NCBI GenBank assembly: GCA_964057225.1
Contig: OZ059896.1
Coordinates: 7,068,001 to 7,132,000 of the forward strand
From: Auanema rhodensis
Lineage: Eukaryota > Animalia > Nematoda
Direction of reading: 5' to 3'
DNA: 64,000 bases
Position numbers and translations under genes: made by a program. The stretch's first letter is position 1, and each line of letters begins with the position of its first letter. Shown here piece by piece: positions 50,803-64,000 of this stretch. Below the pieces are notes generated by a model, which made no database searches, was not told the origin of the DNA, and saw nothing but the letters and a program-made list of their open reading frames with translations.

Positions 50803-51535
50803 ATGGATTCTCAATACTGTGTGCGCGAGGTAATACTACCTGATGACACGAATGCATTTATTGATCAGGTTTGAAACTGAAGAAAATTGGAACGTTAAAT
50901 AAGATCTGGTCATATGAATAATTAAAGGAGATCGAAAGCGATGTCGGTGGTGTTGTTTGGGATAGTTCTCTTGTAGCTGTTTATTATTTTTTGAAACAAG
51001 GACGAAATTTTTGGAAGAACAAGAATGTATGTTCAAATTTCATATGTTGAAAACATTCTTGCTCCAGGTACTAGAGCTTGGAGCGGGAACTGGTGTTTGT
51101 GGAATTGTTTTGGCATCATTAGGAGCTCTAGTTTCGATGACCGACTTACCTGATCGTGTATCTTTGTTAGAAAGAAATACCAACAAAAATTTGGCATTGA
51201 CCGGACAAAATATTAAAAGTTTTTCGCTAGATTGGACAAATTACAATAGAGATGCTATTGGAAACATTGATGTTGTGGTTTTTATCGATTGTATATATTA
51301 CCGTGACGGAGTTAAACCTTTGATAGACTTATTGAAAGATATTAATGCTCCCGAATCTTATTGTATATATGAAAAACGTGATATTGGTGAACCAGCCAAA
51401 GCTCAAAAATTATTTCTTGATCTTATTGTTAATTTTTTTGATATTACTTTTGTGAAAGAGGACGAATTAGATTCGTTGTACGCTTGTCATGAAATCCCGG
51501 TTTTACGTCTATGTCCGAAAACAATTAAAGAATAA
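50803..51535 (+). CDS. METTL21/VCPKMT-type protein-lysine methyltransferase
   Basis: DVGGVVWDSSLV, VLELGAGTGVCG (motif I), MTD, LDW, DCIYY (DxxY), YEKR. Confidence 0.9.
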
Positions 51536-51607
51536 AATTATTAATTTCGATATCTTATTTTTACGAGCACCTGTAATTGTAATCATAATTCACGATTTTA
51601 TTTTAGG

Positions 51608-54004
51608 ATGGTCAGAGATCCTGCTACCTTTTCTAATTATGAGGAGATTAAAGTAGACAACTATAGTCTGAAATGGAGTGTTGATTTCGATAACTCTAAT
51701 ATTCATGGATCTGCTATCATAGCTCTTACAGCTATTCAAGATTGCGATAAAATTGTTAGTTGTGCTGTTTTTTTCTCTTTGATTTATTTTACATTTTTCC
51801 AGATATTTGATGGAAGAGATTTAATCATTGAATCATTCGAAATTGACGGCAAAACTTTACCATTCGAAATTGCTTTGGATTCTGTCTTTGGACAGAAGAT
51901 TACTGTACAAACATCACCACTTTCTGCTGGGCAGAAAATGTAAGAGTCTAATTGAATTAATATATAAAATGTATTTCTTAAGATTATTGCATGTGTCATA
52001 TAAGACAGGATCTAATGCTACTGCATTACAGTTCATGAAACCCGAACAAACAACGGATAGAAAAGTGAATAAAACATTATATATAATATAAAAAAATAAT
52101 ACAACATAATATATTATTATAGGCTCCTTATCTGTTTTCACAATGTGAAGCAATTCACGCTAGATCCATTTTGCCATGCATGGACACCCCTTCTGTCAAA
52201 GCAACTTATGACGCCGAGGTAAAACATGGTTAAATATTGAAATATGATTGGTTAATTTAAGGTTACTGTTCCAAGTGAACTTACATGCTTGATGAGTGCG
52301 ATCAACGAAGGTAAGAGAAGTTCGGACAGCACGGATACCTTCTACTTCAAGCAGTCTGTTCCAATTCCTTCTTATCTTATCGCCATTGTAGTCGGATGTC
52401 TTGAGAAGCGAGATATTAGTGATAGGTTCTTAATTACATCAAAATTATTGTACTGTTGTCTATTTATAGATGTGCTGTTTGGGCTGAGCCTTCGATGGCT
52501 GATTCTGCTTTGTGGGAATTCGAAAGTACCGAAAAATTTTTGAAAACTGCCGAAGATCTAGCTGGTCCATATGTTTGGGGCAGGTAAAATATCATGATAA
52601 TCTCAAAATCTGATTGTGTAAAATTAGATATGACATGGTTGTTCTTCCCTCAACGTTTCCTTTCGGTGGAATGGAAAATCCATGCTTGACTTTTGTAACT
52701 CCTACTCTTCTAGTATGCTTATCACTATGGTATCGTTCTATTATTATATTTATAGGCTGGTGATAGGTCTCTTGTTAATGTAGTTGCTCATGAGATATCT
52801 CATAGCTGGACCGGAAATTTAGTCACCAATGCAAGTTGGGAACATTTTTGGTAAGTTGTAAATGTAAATGAAATTTATCTCACATTGTTAACAATATTTA
52901 AGGTTGAATGAAGGATTCACAGTTTTCTTAGAAAGAAAAATACATGGAAGAGTTAATGGTGAATTGGATAGACAATTCGAGAGTGAACGTGGATATGAAG
53001 AAGCACTTGTTAATGCAGTAGAAACATTTGGGGCTGACAATGAGTTTACAAAACTAGTTCAAAAGCATAAAGGTGTTGACCCCGATGATGCATTCTCATC
53101 TGTACCTTATGAAAAAGTAATGTTCTCATAGTATGCTTCATCTTTTCACCTTTTCTACAGGGATCTGCTTTGCTATTTACTCTTGATCAGAATCTTGGAG
53201 ATTCGGCCCGTTTCGAAGAATTTCTTCGTACTTATATTAAAAAGTAGATAAGATTTTGTTTTTCTCTTTTATTGTTATCTTTTTCTACAGATATTCATAT
53301 GAGTCGGTAACTACTGATGTTTGGAAGAATGAGTTATACGATTTCTTCTCAGATAAGCAGGATGTTCTTGATAAGATAGACTGGAATACTTGGTTGAACA
53401 AGCCTGGACTTCCTCCCAAGCCTGTGTATGAAATATTGAACATTCTTTTTTAATTTTCTTTCCTGCAGCTATGATACTACTCTCATGGAAGCTTGTCGTG
53501 CTCTTTCGAATGAGTGGCTTGCTGCTTCTCCACCACCAACAGATCCCGAACCATTTTTGAAAATGTCTTCAAGCCAGAAAGTTGCTGTTCTAGATACTAT
53601 TAGAACAAGTGGAAAGTTTGACGTTGCGAAGGTTATTAAAATATTTGTAAACAAATGGTGAATGATTGTTTCAGTTCCCCAATTTATCTTCAACATATGA
53701 TCTACCATCTATCAAAAACTGCGAAATTCGCTTCAAATGGCTTATGTTAGGCCTTGATTTAAAATATACCGACATTGTTGCGCCAGCGCTTGCTTTTGTG
53801 CTTAATGTTGGACGTCTGAAGTTCTGCAAACCAATTTATTCGTATGTCTTTTGTATTGTAAACTAAAAACCACTACCAAGTCTTAATTTTAGCTCCCTGT
53901 TCAAATGGCCTGTGTCCCGCTCAGCTGCTGTCGATCAGTTCAACCGGAACCGTGCCAACATGCACCCTATTACTGCTGCAGTGATTGCAAAACTCCTCAA
54001 CTGA
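51608..54004 (+). CDS. Leukotriene A4 hydrolase-like M1 zinc aminopeptidase, copy 1 (all short introns)
   Basis: [76 protein letters not shown]. Confidence 0.95.
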
Positions 54005-54233
54005 GAATGTTTTCCTTGTTTATATTGTAATGTAAGTACGCAATGTCTTATGTTGTATTATAGTGAATTATTATTTGGGTAATTGGTGCATAATAAAGTC
54101 TTTTTAGGGTATTAGTTTTACATCTCATAGTAAATTTGGAGGCTTAGTTGCAGTTTGATCTCCTCAAACAACTAATAAATTATCAGTCGACACAGCTGTC
54201 AATTGATTCTCTGATAATATGGTGTCATCGGAG

Positions 54234-54574
54234 TTATGAAGGCTTTGTTCCAAACTCTGCACCCTTTTTTGAATCACTCGTGACTTGTAATACAGGGTGG
54301 GCGGAGCTTTTCGATAACCCAAGTGAGGCGGTGCACCCATCAAAACCGACCTCCATCTTGACTGGAAGCATCATTTGGCTCTGGCCCGAGTTACGATCCG
54401 GTCGAAACTGTAAACCAATCACATATCTTGCTCATTTAATTTATATACCCTGTATTTAACAGTTTGCCACCCCCTCTTCTTCATATCACTTTGCGAACAC
54501 CGCAATCGCAGTAATATGAACCACCAAATGCACTTGTGTTTGTGAAATGCTGAGCTTGCATTTCTAAGATTCAT
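54234..54574 (-). CDS. Possible small two-exon orphan ORF (or ncRNA) between the two aminopeptidase genes
   Basis: Locally higher GC; a short GT-AG intron (gtatataa..tttacag) joins MNLRNASSAFHKHKCIWWFILL..VKYR to FRPDRNSGQ..TKPS* in frame. Confidence 0.25.
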
Positions 54575-54810
54575 AGATAAGTGTTGTGGAGTGGACAAAA
54601 TCGCACTATCTTTTGACCAGTCGTAAATCTTTTCTCATATCTACCAATTATTAACACCGTCCAATTGTAACAGCACTTGCTGTATAATTATAAAACAAAT
54701 TAGTTTTATATAAGGTCTGTAGTATTGAAATTTCTCTTATTGATACAATTGTCTTGATAGAACAGATTTAAAGCCTTGTATTCATAATAATCACAATAAT
54801 TTTAAAGGAT

Positions 54811-57800
54811 ATGTGTATCTCTCATCATCGTGCTCGTCGCGATCCGTGCTCAGCTGCAAATAACAATGAAGTTATTGCCACACACATTGCTATCAAATGG
54901 GATGTTCATTTCCAACTTCGTATGTTAATGGGACAAGCCACTTTGACCTGCCAAATGTTAACAAAGACAGACAAAATCGTGAGTTTTATTCCCGTTTTAT
55001 GAACTTTAAAATTCCAAATTATCAAACGTCTGTTACTATTCTTTTTTATGGTATTCGTAACCATAATCGAGTAGATGATAACTAAGATATCTTGAACTAA
55101 AGTTCTCTAATCGCCATTAGATTAAGATTATTGAAATTAATTTGATAAATTGTAACTGGTTAAGAAATAGTTATACAGTCATGAGTTTAACTTTAAATAC
55201 GAGATTGCACTTATTATGATATCATCTTCATTTCCAATTCTCAACTCCAGCTAAGTTTGTATGATTCAGCCAATATAGTGTCTATGCATAGGAATGAGTG
55301 AGTTCTCACTAAAGAAGAGATAAGAGAGTTACAGAGAAAAGAATGGAATTTTGTATTAAACGTAGTGATAAGGAAAGAGAAGTAACAAAAAGCAATAGAG
55401 TAAGTGCTGAATGCAGCCTGGCGCCACAGATAAGATGAACATCTGACGCTGTCTGCCAAAGTCACCTCGAAGTAGTTGTGGATGAGCGATAAGCAATGTT
55501 TCAATATATTTCTGGATTATAAAATTCCATATTTGATTAGGATTAGTCGATGAAAACATCACTTCTTGTTAATTAAAGAATAGAATGGTTGATGTCGCTT
55601 TGAGATAAAAAAGCTTTACGAGATTAGGGCACGGAATGAAACATGCGTACTACGCTCATAATCAGATTCGACCTGATAAGAACATTGACATATTAGAGTC
55701 ACTGGCTGCAACTTGAAAAATGCTCTGATATCAACCCGCTAATGATTTCCATGTTGCATAGTTATCATGGATACGTGAAACAGTTAGAATTGATCTGTAT
55801 ATTAACATAAAAGGATAAGGTAAAACTTATCCAATATAAGTATAACTGTGAAACTGCATTGGCATCCATGCTTACGACATTCTCTTATACAATTACAAAT
55901 GATAAGAAGTTTAGCTGTTACTTCTCCATCAGTTTTCAGACAACGCTATAATCCTTTGACATGCTACAATGATTACTAAGTAAAAGATAAAAGTAGTTTT
56001 GTATTCTAAAGACTGTCGTTAATTTTTCAAAGGAATATGAACATTTCTTTCAAAAAACTATAACTTTTAGAGAAGTTATTGGAATGAATAATTTAAACAC
56101 ATCTTTAGTTACTCGATGTTCGTGACCTATCGATACGATCTGTCTCTGTTAATCAGAAGGATGTTGATTTTCGTATTGCTCCAAATTCCTACACCTTTTT
56201 CGGATCCAAGATGACTATTTATATTCCAACCGAATTCCAAAAGGAAGGACTTGAACTGTAAGCATTGATTTGAAAAATATTTTTATTGTTATTTATACAC
56301 AGGACTGTTGTCATATCTTATGGAACATCACCAGAAGCTACTGCTCTTCAATGGATGAAAAAGGAACAAACAGCTGATAAGAGAGTGAGTACCCACAACT
56401 TCGAGTAATAATTTTGTTGATTATGCTCTAATAATATGTAGATAAAATTGTTTCTTTTTAGGCTCCTTATCTTTTTTCACAATGTCAAGCAATCCATGCT
56501 AGATCCATTGTCCCATGTATGGATACACCATCTGTGAAAACAACCTATGAAGCTGAGGTTCGAGTTCCATTGGGATTAACGTGCTTGATGAGTGCTATTG
56601 GAGAAGGATCCAAAAGCGATGATGAATTCACTACATACTTTTATAAACAACCTGTGGCTATTCCATCATATCTGATTGCTATTGTTGTTGGATGCTTAGA
56701 AAAAAGAGATATTAGTGATAGATGTGCTGTTTGGGCTGAACCTTCTATGGTTGATAAAGCACACTGGGAATTTGCTGAAACTGAGGACATTCTAGCTTGC
56801 GCTGAAGAAATTGCTGGAAAGTATATTTGGGGAAGGTATATTGCTTTCAATAATTACTTTCTATAATAATCTGTATAGATACGATATGGTATGCTTGCCT
56901 CCTTCATTTCCATTTGGAGGTATGGAAAATCCTTGCTTAACCTTCTTAACTCCTACTCTTATTGTAAGTTTCATACAAGTTTATATATATGTAAAGAAAA
57001 AAATTCAATTTAAGGCTGGTGATCGATCACTAGTTAGTGTTATTGCTCATGAAATCGCTCACAGTTGGTCAGGTAATCTCGTTACCAACAGCAGCTGGGA
57101 ACACTTTTGGTAAGACAATTTTGAAGCAACTGTATGAAACAAGATCTTTGTTAAGGCTCAATGAAGGATTTACCATGTTTATTGAACGTAAAATATGCGG
57201 TAGATTAGTAAACGAAGACTATCGTCAATTTATGGCTTTCAATGGATGGACAAATGCCCTCATACCAGCTGTATGTTTTCTTAACATATGTATTTCTATC
57301 GAAAAATAACAAAAATATGGTTTTATATGATAAGAGGCTTACTAATCTTTTCCATACATCAAGCTCAGCAGAATGAACTGTAGAAAATCCTAAGTAAATT
57401 ACCAGTAATTCTCTAAGGCAAAAAGCAATCTGAATCAGAATAATGCATGTTATGTCTTATCCATTATCATCATTTTGCAAATCAGCAAATTCGACCTTTT
57501 CTTCATCATTCGATTGACATTTTGCTGTAATGGGCTTGGACTTTGAGCTAGCATATGACGATAAGACATAGCTCTGTATATCATTAGCAACTTACTCAGC
57601 AAAACGTGATGTCAAGTAGATCCTGATTTGCTAATGGTTTCTTGATAATCCGAATATAATAAAAATTTTTTTACCACAATTTATTGCAGGTTTATGAGCA
57701 GTTCACACCTACTCATCAATTCACAAAATTGATTCAAGATCATACGAACGTTGATCCAGACGTAGCTTTCTCTTGTGTTCCGTACGAGAAGGGATCAGCC

Positions 57801-59520
57801 CTCTTATTCTACTTAGAGCAAAAGCTCGGCGGGCCAGGTAAAGATTATTAAAATTTTAATTATATTATGTTGCGAGAGTCTGAATTATCAGAATATCCAT
57901 TCTTCTGATAGTACTCATGTTTCCAAAGAATGGTTTTCAAAAATCAGATTATCGTGTCCAGAGAATACTAAGAGATTAAATGGGCGAGATGATTCTTTAA
58001 TCATGCAACCCATATAAAACTGCTTAGTGGTTGATAAGATAGTGATTATAAGAATCAAAGCAAGTCTCTTTGCACTAACGACATGAGCTTTTAACGTACT
58101 TTAATTGTTTTATACAATTATTATTCAAAAGAGTAAAGAGAAGAAGAAAAAAACAACGAGAGAGAAGAGATAGAGAGAGGAAGACATTGGGATGGTAAGA
58201 AAATGCTTGAACATGTAAATTCTTGTTCATATACATATAGTTAAATCTATTTAACTTGATATCTAAACATGATAAAGTGAAATAGATAAAACTACGAAAT
58301 AAATGTACACTCTATAATCTGAATATTGCGTAGTATATGATTGGATGAATAAAAACTTGAAATAGGGATTTTAATAAATGCATTTTCAGAAATTTTCGAG
58401 GAATATTTGAGAAACTATATCCAAACATTTGCTCATAAAGCAATTGATAGTATGCAATGGAAGGATCATTTATATAGTTATTTCCATGTATGATTCATGA
58501 TATTTTCATTATATATACATATGCTATTAACTTATAGGACAAGAAACATATTTTGGACAAAGTCGATTTCAATATATGGTTTAACGGAGTTGGTATGCCA
58601 CCAGAGAAGCCAGAGTAAGCACAGTTGATGTTTTCATTGCTAAATGTTCCATTAAGTTATGGTCAAGAAATGGTTCATGCTTGTGAAGAGTTGTTCAAAC
58701 AATGGATTAATGCTAATCCTGATGATGTTAACAGCATTGATTTGTCTACCTACCAGAACATGCAGCCATTACAACAAATTGAATTCATATCTCAGCTATG
58801 GCAGGTATGAATAGTTACGATCAAACCTATTATTCAATATCGTTGAACTCCAACTATTATTTGGAATTATAGCATGATCCTCCTCTCGAACACTGGAAAT
58901 TAACTGCTCTCAATAAAGCATATGGTCTTTCAGACTCACAAAATTCTGAAATACTACTCAAGTAACAATAACGTTTTGATAATTTCTTAATATTCGTGAA
59001 ATTTAGCTGGATTCGACTATGCATCAAAGCTAAATGGGAGCCGATCATTGACAAAGCTTTAACCTTTGTATCAACACAAGGAAGATTGAAATACTGTCGA
59101 CCTGTTTACAGGTAATACTTACTCTTATCATCAAATATAGAACCAGCTGTGCTATTATAAAATTAAACAAAAAATCTTAACCGCTGTCTATCTTATATTC
59201 TCTTAATATAATCTGTCTGATATGATGAATACAACTGTGATATCATCTTTCCCATACACTGTTTCTATTATTAGAACAAAACCAAAACTATTTTTGTTCT
59301 TAAATATCTTATATGGAAAAAAAAGTTTTTCGTTGCTTTTATTGATGCAATGATTGTACTTATCATGTCATATTTCAGGGACTTGTCTAATTGGCCTGCT
59401 GCTAATCGTCGTGCTCGTGAAACCTATCTCAGTGGCAGACATGAAATGCATCCAATCACAGCGGAAATGATTGCCAAGGACTTGCACTTAAGACATTCAA
59501 CTCATACTGTTTGCTTCTAA
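54811..59520 (+). CDS. Leukotriene A4 hydrolase-like M1 zinc aminopeptidase, copy 2 (several long introns)
   Basis: [79 protein letters not shown]. Confidence 0.94.
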
Positions 59521-60680
59521 AACATTTTCCTTCTCTCCTCTTGCTAGAAACAAAAAATAAACAAAAAAAATCATCCAAACAATCTTTAAGATTGATGCTA
59601 TATATGTACAACTTGATTCGATAAAGAAGGCTTAATCGTCATTGTCCCTTCCCATACTGTACACTGGCCCTCGTTTGTTACTCATTTAACCAAAGCATTG
59701 CTTTCCTTCTTGCTCACAGTTTTCTTTCTTGTTTCATTTCATTTAATTTTTTCTTGTTGTACACTGTATATATGATTTTTAATGTGGAGATAAAAGGTAT
59801 TTTTAACTGTTCTGTTTTTTTTTCTTGGGTCTATTATCAATTATTAAACAATACGCATTTTCAAAAATTTTCAAAGATTGCATATACAGATGATCAGCAA
59901 CGCTTATCTGTTTAATTTTCTGAACTACGTCAAGAACTTTCTAGGAAAGCAGCAGATACATCATTTTGCAAGAGAAGGTACAGAAGCGATTTATGATGAA
60001 AAGAGACCACCAATTTATAATATGTTCAGATCTCCATCTAGATAGAAATTTTACCATCTTTTTTGAGGAAAAAAAAAGAAAAAGATTCAATACGATAAGA
60101 AAAAAAAAACAATTTGCAAAGGTCATACCGTCAGCCAAGATTAACGACGAAGCTTCTAAAAATTTTTTTTGAGGTAGTAATTCTTTCATAATTCACACAA
60201 AACTATACCACTGATAAGATTAAAAACGTGAATAAGTACAGATTATTTTATCAAACTGTAAAATTCCAAGTAGAAACCAGGAAAAAACAGTTATCTAGAA
60301 ATAAATTCACATGGTTTGCTGTCCTTCTAGCGACTGTAGATTTATATTTTGTCGATAACGTATAAGAAAAAAATAGCCTCTATTACTCGTAATATGGAGT
60401 ATTTTTATATATAATATATAGACATATACTTATACAGTATGAATACATTAAAGGACATAGATCTTTACGGATGATATTAAGTAAATTTCGAGGAAATTTA
60501 TTTCATTTCAATAATATATACTAGTGAAGTCTAGTATTAGAGTTAATATTCATTATACAGGTTAGTTATAATAAAAGTTATGTTATATTATATAATTTTA
60601 ATTTATACATAATATTATATTAAACTTTACTTTAGTTCTGACAATAAACTATCAAATCAGTTGTTTTTTTCATATTTAAT

Positions 60681-61202
60681 ATGGATTACTACTCACATAA
60701 AACAACAGATACTCGTCAAGCCACTGAAAGCTCCGGTTCGAATCAAACTTAAATGAATATATACATGTCTATATTAATTATAAATTATAAAAATATTATA
60801 TTTAGAAGTTGTTTTTCGTTCTGCTCGTAATAGATATGGACGTCCATATATTTCTGGTCGACCTTTGTTAACCTGTGATAGAAAACGAGTTGTTCAGCTA
60901 TATCAGTTAGGAATCAAAAAGATTCACATAGCGAAACAGCTTGGAATCACACATAGCTGTGTTAGTAAGGTATTACGACGGTTGGTGTATTTGAATTAAC
61001 AGTTTATTTAAAAACATTCTTGTTTAGGTATCATGAAACAGGCTCTGTGGAAGCTAGAGTTTCGCGTACAGCTTCTTGCTCATGTCCGGGCTATTCACTG
61101 AACCATGATGCCCGTTACTGCCGTCATATTCTTCGTTATAATTGCATTACCAAACTTGAATTCACAATTGATAAGTTGGTTTTTGGTCATTGTCTTTCTT
61201 AA
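60681..61202 (+). CDS. Nematode npax-type protein (paired-domain PAI subdomain only) with Cys/His-rich tail
   Basis: RNRYGRPYISGRPL..RKRVVQLYQLGIKKIHIAKQLGITHSCVSKVLRRYHETGS matches the PAI helix-turn-helix; no RED subdomain; three exons. Confidence 0.85.
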
Positions 61203-62554
61203 TCATTTAATTTATCATCTGGTAATACAATCATTTTTCTTTCAGCATTTTAAAACCACATGGATCAGCAGTAATCTATTATTCGAAAACTTTTCTATAA
61301 CTACAAATATAAACATATATAAATACAAATATATACATACATATATAGATATGATTTTAATTTTATCATTTGAAACAATTATTTTCGGGAATTTAATAGA
61401 TTATATGGGCAAACCGTCGATTACGTTCAAAATGCAATTTAGATATGAATATGTCTGTCTGACTCATATGTCTAGTATAATTAATAAGAAATCTTGTTAT
61501 AATAAATAACTAATTTTTATTTTTTTCTTCACAAAAAAAATCAAAGAAACGTTTTCATTTCAGAATAGATTTTAGATGATTTCATTACAATGATTTATGA
61601 TGTTGAAACTGAGTAAATGACCTCTCCTGAATGCTATAACTTTTTCTAAATAGATAATTGTTTTGAATTGTTTACTACACAAAATAAAACTATTTAGTTT
61701 TACTACAAGATAAGAGAAAACGTATTTCTTGGATTTATTCGCATAAATATTATTCTGTTTTTCCCTAAATCCTTCATTTCGATCCTGTTAAATGTCTTCC
61801 TTGTATATGAACGAGAGATTAAAAGAAAAGAAAGATGGTTCATAAAAATATACTTATTCCATATAATATAGAATACTTTTTGACCTCTCAAACTTCATTT
61901 ATAGTATCTAAAACTAAAGCTGACCAATAAAAGCTTGATCTATGTATATACAACTTATAGAATGCCAAAATGTTTTCAGAAATACTTCTTTTTTTTTGTT
62001 TTCTCAAACATCTATTGTCCAGAGATGTTCTCAAAATGGCCAAAATTTTGATTTAAAGTTTTTTTTTGGTATTAATAAGTAATTTATTTCGTATAATATT
62101 GAAAATATACATACATTTGTATAATAGATCAAGTTTGATACATTAAAGTATTAGCAGATGAAAATTCAAAAAGTTTTCATTCTTTTTTTATAAATAGATT
62201 AGTTAATTTTTTCTGAAATGTTTCCCTTTCCATGAAAGATAAATGTTTTTTGTTCTAATTGCTCTACAGAAAGTGTGAAGATTGTGATCTCTGTTCTCTT
62301 ATTATCTACAGACAGAGCTCAGCTCAGCAACTCTCTCCGCGACTTATTTTGAGATTATCCCTGAATAGAAACCCAATTCGTTCATTTCCTCTTAGATATT
62401 TGGCCAGTTCATATAATTACACACTTCGATCACTTCAACTTTCTTCCATTTTCCCTTTTGGTACAGAAAACTATTTTCTATTTTATATTTTGGCAAATAT
62501 TCATTCTTGTTTAATTTTTCTAATTTTTCTGAAGGACTCTAAAACTTTTCACAG

Positions 62555-63614
62555 ATGCCAATGAAATTGATTGTGGCTTATAAAACGCCTTGTTTGGTTA
62601 GTTAATAATATCAACTTTAAAATTTATTTATATATTATAAAACATTTTAGACTGTACTATTATTTTATTATTTTATATGGTCAGTAATGCTCACAGAAGC
62701 ATGTGTACCGACCAGAACTCCAACTCCTATAACAACAACAACAGTTCGTAAGTAAACGATATATTTAACTTTATATTTAACTTTGTTATTACGTTTATTA
62801 TTTTTATATAACAACTAATCAAATATATATGTAAATGTATGTATCTTTAAGCTTCAATCACGACAACTACAACTCTTCCTGATCCACAAACAACAACAAC
62901 AACAACAACGACTACTACTTCAACAACTACTACCACTACAACTACACCTGGAACAATCACAACAACAACTACTTTGATACCAGGAGAACGTATGTACAAA
63001 GCATTTTTTTATGTTTTCATATTTTATTATTTTTCACGAGCTTTGAATTTGTTGATTTAGTTCATGATCGCTAGTTGTCTTTCCATTTGAAAAAGCATAA
63101 TTTATCAAGTTTCAAATAACTTATTCATTCATATTTTATATAATCAATGTATTTTTAGACGTTTTCAATAATTTTTAATTTATTTAGAATGCGGACCAAT
63201 CATTGAGCAAACCTTAACCAGTTCGAATTTTGTTGATGGCGTATTAGATGTAACGTATGATTCTGATGAGTGTCCTACAACTGCTCTTATTAGTTGCCTG
63301 TATGTTTTAATACTTCTTTTTATTATTTTTAAATATAAAAATTATTATTACAATAATTTTGATTTATAGGAGTAATCCCATCTACGATTTAAATGCTGGA
63401 ATTGTTGTAAATGGCAATTTCTTTGTTGATTATGGTCTTCATAATGTTACAATTACAGGACGATATAATTCTACTGATGGTTTATGGTACATTTAAAAAA
63501 TATTTATTTATTTACAAATGTTTATATGCCTCATGATTTTCTTTCAGGTATGTGTCAGAGGAAAGACCCTTGGGAATAGAAACAATTGAATGCTTGTTGA
63601 CAGATCAAGAATGA
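62555..63614 (+). CDS. Secreted Thr-rich (mucin-like) protein with C-terminal C6-like domain
   Basis: Hydrophobic leader then EA/CVPT; poly-Thr exon at about 62852-62988; CGP..GVLDVTYDSDECPTTALISC..LNAGIVVNG..W..IETIEC. Confidence 0.8.
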
Positions 63615-64000
63615 CTTATAGGAAACTATTCCAGATTTAATAAAATTGAGATTGAAAAGTTATTTCTATACATATATATATATATCTCAGATTTCAAGCC
63701 TGGCTATCAATTTTTCATTTTATCGTTCATCTCAAAAATATTTTTATTATTAATTTATTTGTTTCATATTTATCTTGTCCAAGATTATGATGTTATTCAT
63801 TCAATAAAAGCCACATTTTGCTGAAGTAGATTGCTCAACTACTTCAAACTATTGTTACATTTCGGGTTTATTTATTTATTTTTCTCAATCTTATTGTATA
63901 TGTTGTTTAATATTTTAACTTTTCTTTCTTTTAATAAGTTTATATAATACGAAGTCTAATAAAAAATCTTTATTCAATGTTGTTTCTGACATCAAGAGAT

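Noticed and set aside
60806-61050. Tc1/mariner transposase helix-turn-helix
   Set aside because: No DDE domain or terminal inverted repeats; the sequence matches the Pax PAI signature (N..G..Y..GRPL, HSCVSK..RY.ETGS) and is intron-split

Overview
AT-rich, intron-dense eukaryotic DNA from a rhabditid (clade V-like) nematode, with mostly ~40-60 nt introns and acceptor-like trans-splice sites just before start codons. No prokaryotic elements, CRISPR arrays, rRNA/tRNA or intact transposons were seen. About 19 protein-coding genes were assembled by hand: a two-domain S28 serine peptidase, troponin I, flp-13, sphingolipid delta-4 desaturase, mrpl-1, cap-1, a small mucin-like membrane protein, a small myristoylated protein, a GRAM-TBC-EF-hand RabGAP (tbc-9), an unknown gene, erlin, an SLC37A4-like transporter, SLC25A19, a VCPKMT/METTL21 methyltransferase, two tandem LTA4H-family M1 aminopeptidases, a PAI-only Pax gene and C6-domain secreted proteins. 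The most unusual feature is gene nesting. A complete SLC25A19 gene sits on the SAME strand inside intron 1 of the SLC37A4-like gene, which implies competition between cis-splicing and trans-splicing/intronic polyadenylation. Three further genes are nested antisense in introns of flp-13 and tbc-9. Exon boundaries were read by eye and may be off by a few bases; orthology calls come from remembered motifs, not database searches.
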